Shown: positions 60,711-64,000 of the stretch, piece after piece
How positions within the stretch are numbered: position 1 is the stretch's first letter
Layout of the letters: each line of letters opens with the position of its first letter
Source of the DNA: Vicugna vicugna
Lineage: Eukaryota
DNA length: 64,000 nt
NCBI GenBank assembly: GCA_013265495.1
Contig: MU058718.1
Location: forward strand, 3,548,081-3,612,080
Reading direction: 5' to 3'
Made by a program: the position numbers and the translations under genes
The notes under the pieces: model-generated
Told to the model about the DNA's origin: nothing
What the model saw: only the letters and a program-made list of their open reading frames with translations
Database searches by the model: none

Positions 60711-63700
60711 GTAGGCGAGGACGGCGGGGGCCGGGAGAGGTGCTGCCTGGGACACAATGGGGTGTCTGAGGTTCCCGGGGGTGGCGATGGGCAGGCAGGT
60801 CGGAGGCGCATCTGCATCACAGGTTGCCAGAGACCCGGGCGGTGCTCTCGCGCTGCGTCCGCACCTCGCCTCCAGGCGGGGCAGCCCAGCGGCGTCTGGG
60901 CACCTTCGCCACCCGCGTGGTCCCCGCCCGCAGCCGCCAGCTGAAAGCGGCTACTGTGTGCCGGTCCAGGAGCGGACTTGAGTCCTGGAGGGAGCAGAAA
61001 GGGTGCTTGTTCTGTTGTCTTGTGCCACCCAGGCAGCTTGTGCCTGAGCAACTGAAGAGAAACCGGCCTGGGGATCCCCGAGGTGTTAGCCTGGGCTGTC
61101 TGAGTAGCGGAGAGCTGTTTGGAAGCTGGTGAAGTGAGAATTTAAGGTGTGCGGAATCAATGCATAGAGAAAGACTTTGCTGGTGCAATTGCTAAGAGAG
61201 AGAAAAGAACAAAATGACTCTAGGTTGTTGCCCGAAAGCCTTGACCGCCAGACCCACAGAAGGGAAGTGTGGAGAGTTGCGGAAGAAGCTTCCAGGGTTC
61301 CAGGGGCTGGGCTTCTACAGCTACCAAACCGGTCCCTGACAAAAGGACAAAGCTGATGGAAAGAGTTTCCTGCTGAAAGCTCTTTCTGTGAAGTTGAAAG
61401 AGATAGAGATGGGAAGAGGCGATTTCCCAGCCTCAGCCTTGACAATCCGGGGCTAAGATGCAAATAAAAATGGGAGCTGGAAAGGTTGTCCTACCATGTA
61501 CCTTGTTTCCAGACAACTTAGCCATTATAAGATCTTCTGCTCTGTTTATCTAACTGGAGCAGATCCCCTCCCGTTGACGAATTCCTGAGATGGGCTTGCC
61601 ATACAGCGTAACTCCTGAATTTGTGAAATCAAAGCAGATTGCATGATTATCTTTTGTGACAGACGTGGTGGCTTTTTAGAGTCAGGCTCCTAACAAAGTC
61701 CACTGAGGAACATGGGCTAAGCTTCTGAGACAGGACGGAAGGTTTGCAGCCTGGCTCTCTTAAATAAATTAATCTGAATTTGTATCTATTTACTTGTTTC
61801 CAGCGGCTTGGCCATCTGCAAGGATATGTATTTTCTCTGTGTCAGCTTAATTTTATCTTGAGTTGTCTCTAGGGGCCAGCGTATTGGTAGCTGACCTGAA
61901 ATGTTGGTAGATCTTGCTCTGGAGTTGAAGGGGGCTATGAAAATTTCCAGACTGTGTGTAAACCGTAACATTACAGGCTGGCTGGTAAAAATTGTTGTGG
62001 TCTCTTCAGCTGTTGTCAGTGTCCTTAGGGAGGTGAAGTGAACTGCTGGGGAATTTGTTTGCAGATTTGCTTATTTTCACCTGGTCTGTGGTGATTCCTT
62101 AGAGGAAAGCGTTCTGAACCACGATATAGATAAAGTGTAGGAGTTACAGATGTTCCAAATGGTTTGGATATCAGCAAAGATATTGCCAAGGCAGGAGCGG
62201 CATTACTGGGTCAGTGAAAGGCAGCCATCACAGGCACAGTCTTTGCTTCAAAATGTCAAGGATCAGTCTTTTTAATAGGCACTTGCTCAGAATGGCATGA
62301 ATGTCTTTTTTCTTGTCCTTTTTTCATTTTAGATATGTGATGACCCTCAATATCAAAACATGTTGATTGTCACAGAGGGAGAGGATAGGGCTCCAATGAA
62401 CTCTGAACAGCCAATCTTAATTTAATAGGGAACATTCTTATCATAAGTCAAATGCTGTTCAACTAAATTGTTTTAAATGTCACTGCAAATGACTTTCTAA
62501 GCTAACATTTCACCAATCTTGATGATTCCATTTTATGTTGATAATGAAAATACATTTTATCAGTCTTGTATTGATAAAGTGTTGGCAAGTGTAGCCAGAG
62601 CATTTTAGAGGGATTCAAACAACGTAAAGCCTTTCCAGGAGGTTTATTTTTGTAGATGCCGATTCATCTGTAAGCCAATAAATTATGTGGTTTGGATTCT
62701 GGCTATTGAACTTACATCTGTTGGGCTTGTGGAGAGATTTCACTGAAGCTTGCAAAAAGATATTTTTATCCTATTCACAAATAAAATAGAGTTTTTAAAA
62801 AGATTATGGGAATATGCAAGTGAGCAACTTTATTTGAAATTAGGACACTTCTTTATTGAGATTTATATCAGCAACTAACCATTTATTCAAGCTTTTGGAT
62901 GGAAAAACTGCAAACTATTTGTAATCAAACTATGAGCTAATGCTCACTTTAAAAACAAAGTTGGGAAAATATTGTCTGTAATTGTGAGAAGAGAAGCGCT
63001 TCACTTTTGTACCCCAGGGACTGTAGTCAGAGCTGCAGGCATTATAAATTAATTTGAGTAAATATGGCTCAAGAGGTGAAAGCTGTTATAAGCTGTCTCT
63101 TTTAAGAAAGTAACATACAGCTCAGATTTCAGCTTCAGCTGATCACAGGTTACTGACTCTGCCTTATGCTGGGCTAATGGTTTTATTCCTCCAGGTATCG
63201 TGAGTTAACAGCTTGATTGGGTAACCCACCTAGCTGTTAGGTTTAACAAAAGCTTGGGTTTGCTACATCATTCAGGCTAGTAAAATATTCCTGCTTATTT
63301 ATGTTTTAGAATACATGCTAGTAGAATACCCTTAGTTAAATTCAGTTTTATATGGAAATTAGCAAAGATTGTTATTTCATTCAAATTTAATGTGTTTTTT
63401 TATGTGTGGTGTTTTTTAATGTTTTTTTTTTAATTTATTTAAGCTTTTGTGTTAGATTTTTCTACTCTGATTTTATTCTTGCTGATACTTTTGTGCTTTA
63501 AGTATCCAGCTAGAAGTGAGGTGCTGTCTGACAGTAATCAGTTTGACGAGCAGCAGTTTTGGGCAGAAATATTCTATATTGACACATAAATGGGGACAGT
63601 TGCTTTTTCTTTTTTCTTTTTTAATTTTTTTTGACAGTTGCTTTTTCTATTAAGCTTTTGCTAAACTTGAATTGATTCTTGTCACTATTTCATTTTATGC

Positions 63701-64000
63701 TGAAATTAGTCCAAAATGGTAAGCCTGGACGTCTTTGCAGCAAATTAAAGTGCTTGCAGAAAAGAGAGGAGAAAAAGAAACATTATATTTTGACCATCGG
63801 CATTATGAGACTTGCCGGACAGTGAAAGCTAAAGGCATGAATGAAAACCTTTGCCAAAGTAGAGTTTGTCCACGTTCATTGCTTTAGTTAGAAAGGAACT
63901 AAATTAGTCACTTGCTGGTCATTGCCTGGACTGTGGACCCCCAACAGCTCTGTCTGAACACAGATCCAAAAGCATCTATTATAATACCCAGGGCAAGGGG

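Larger units (their letters stand above)
59600..60980. promoter_or_regulatory. NIN: Large CpG island, probable NIN promoter
   Basis: Very high GC/CpG, two CCAAT boxes at ~59539-59553, GC boxes. Name inferred from conserved PYGL-ABHD12B-NIN order; no NIN coding sequence seen in the window. Confidence 0.7.

Noticed and set aside
59317..61463. Many long overlapping ORFs (up to 316 aa) on both strands
   Set aside because: Stop-poor CpG island; P/R/G/A-biased translations with no recognisable domain

Overview
Mammalian genomic DNA, most likely camelid, judging from about 10 copies of a Vic-1-like tRNA-derived SINE. The window covers the PYGL-ABHD12B-NIN interval. (1) The last coding exon and 3' UTR of PYGL (+, 1646-~1995). 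(2) A complete 13-exon ABHD12B gene on the minus strand (ATG 24982, stop 2483-2485; spliced CDS 1047 nt = 348 aa; all introns GT-AG and phase-consistent; Ser/Asp/His catalytic motifs intact). (3) A large CpG island with two probable non-coding 5' exons at ~59.6-61.0 kb, assigned to NIN by synteny only. Most of the rest is interspersed repeat (L1, L2, MIR, MLT1/LTR16-like LTRs, MER DNA elements, SINEs). The most interesting unexplained signal is an orphan CpG island at ~38.8-39.7 kb. It heads a minus-strand, three-exon, phase-consistent, protein-like reading frame broken by a few stops: a candidate unannotated decayed gene whose family I do not recognise. Several small rearrangements are also visible: a 75-bp templated insertion into an LTR, a 5'-intact/3'-truncated L1 with a TSD, and a 331-bp tandem duplication across an L1 junction. 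Gene and repeat names come from recalled sequence, not database searches. Repeat boundaries are approximate.
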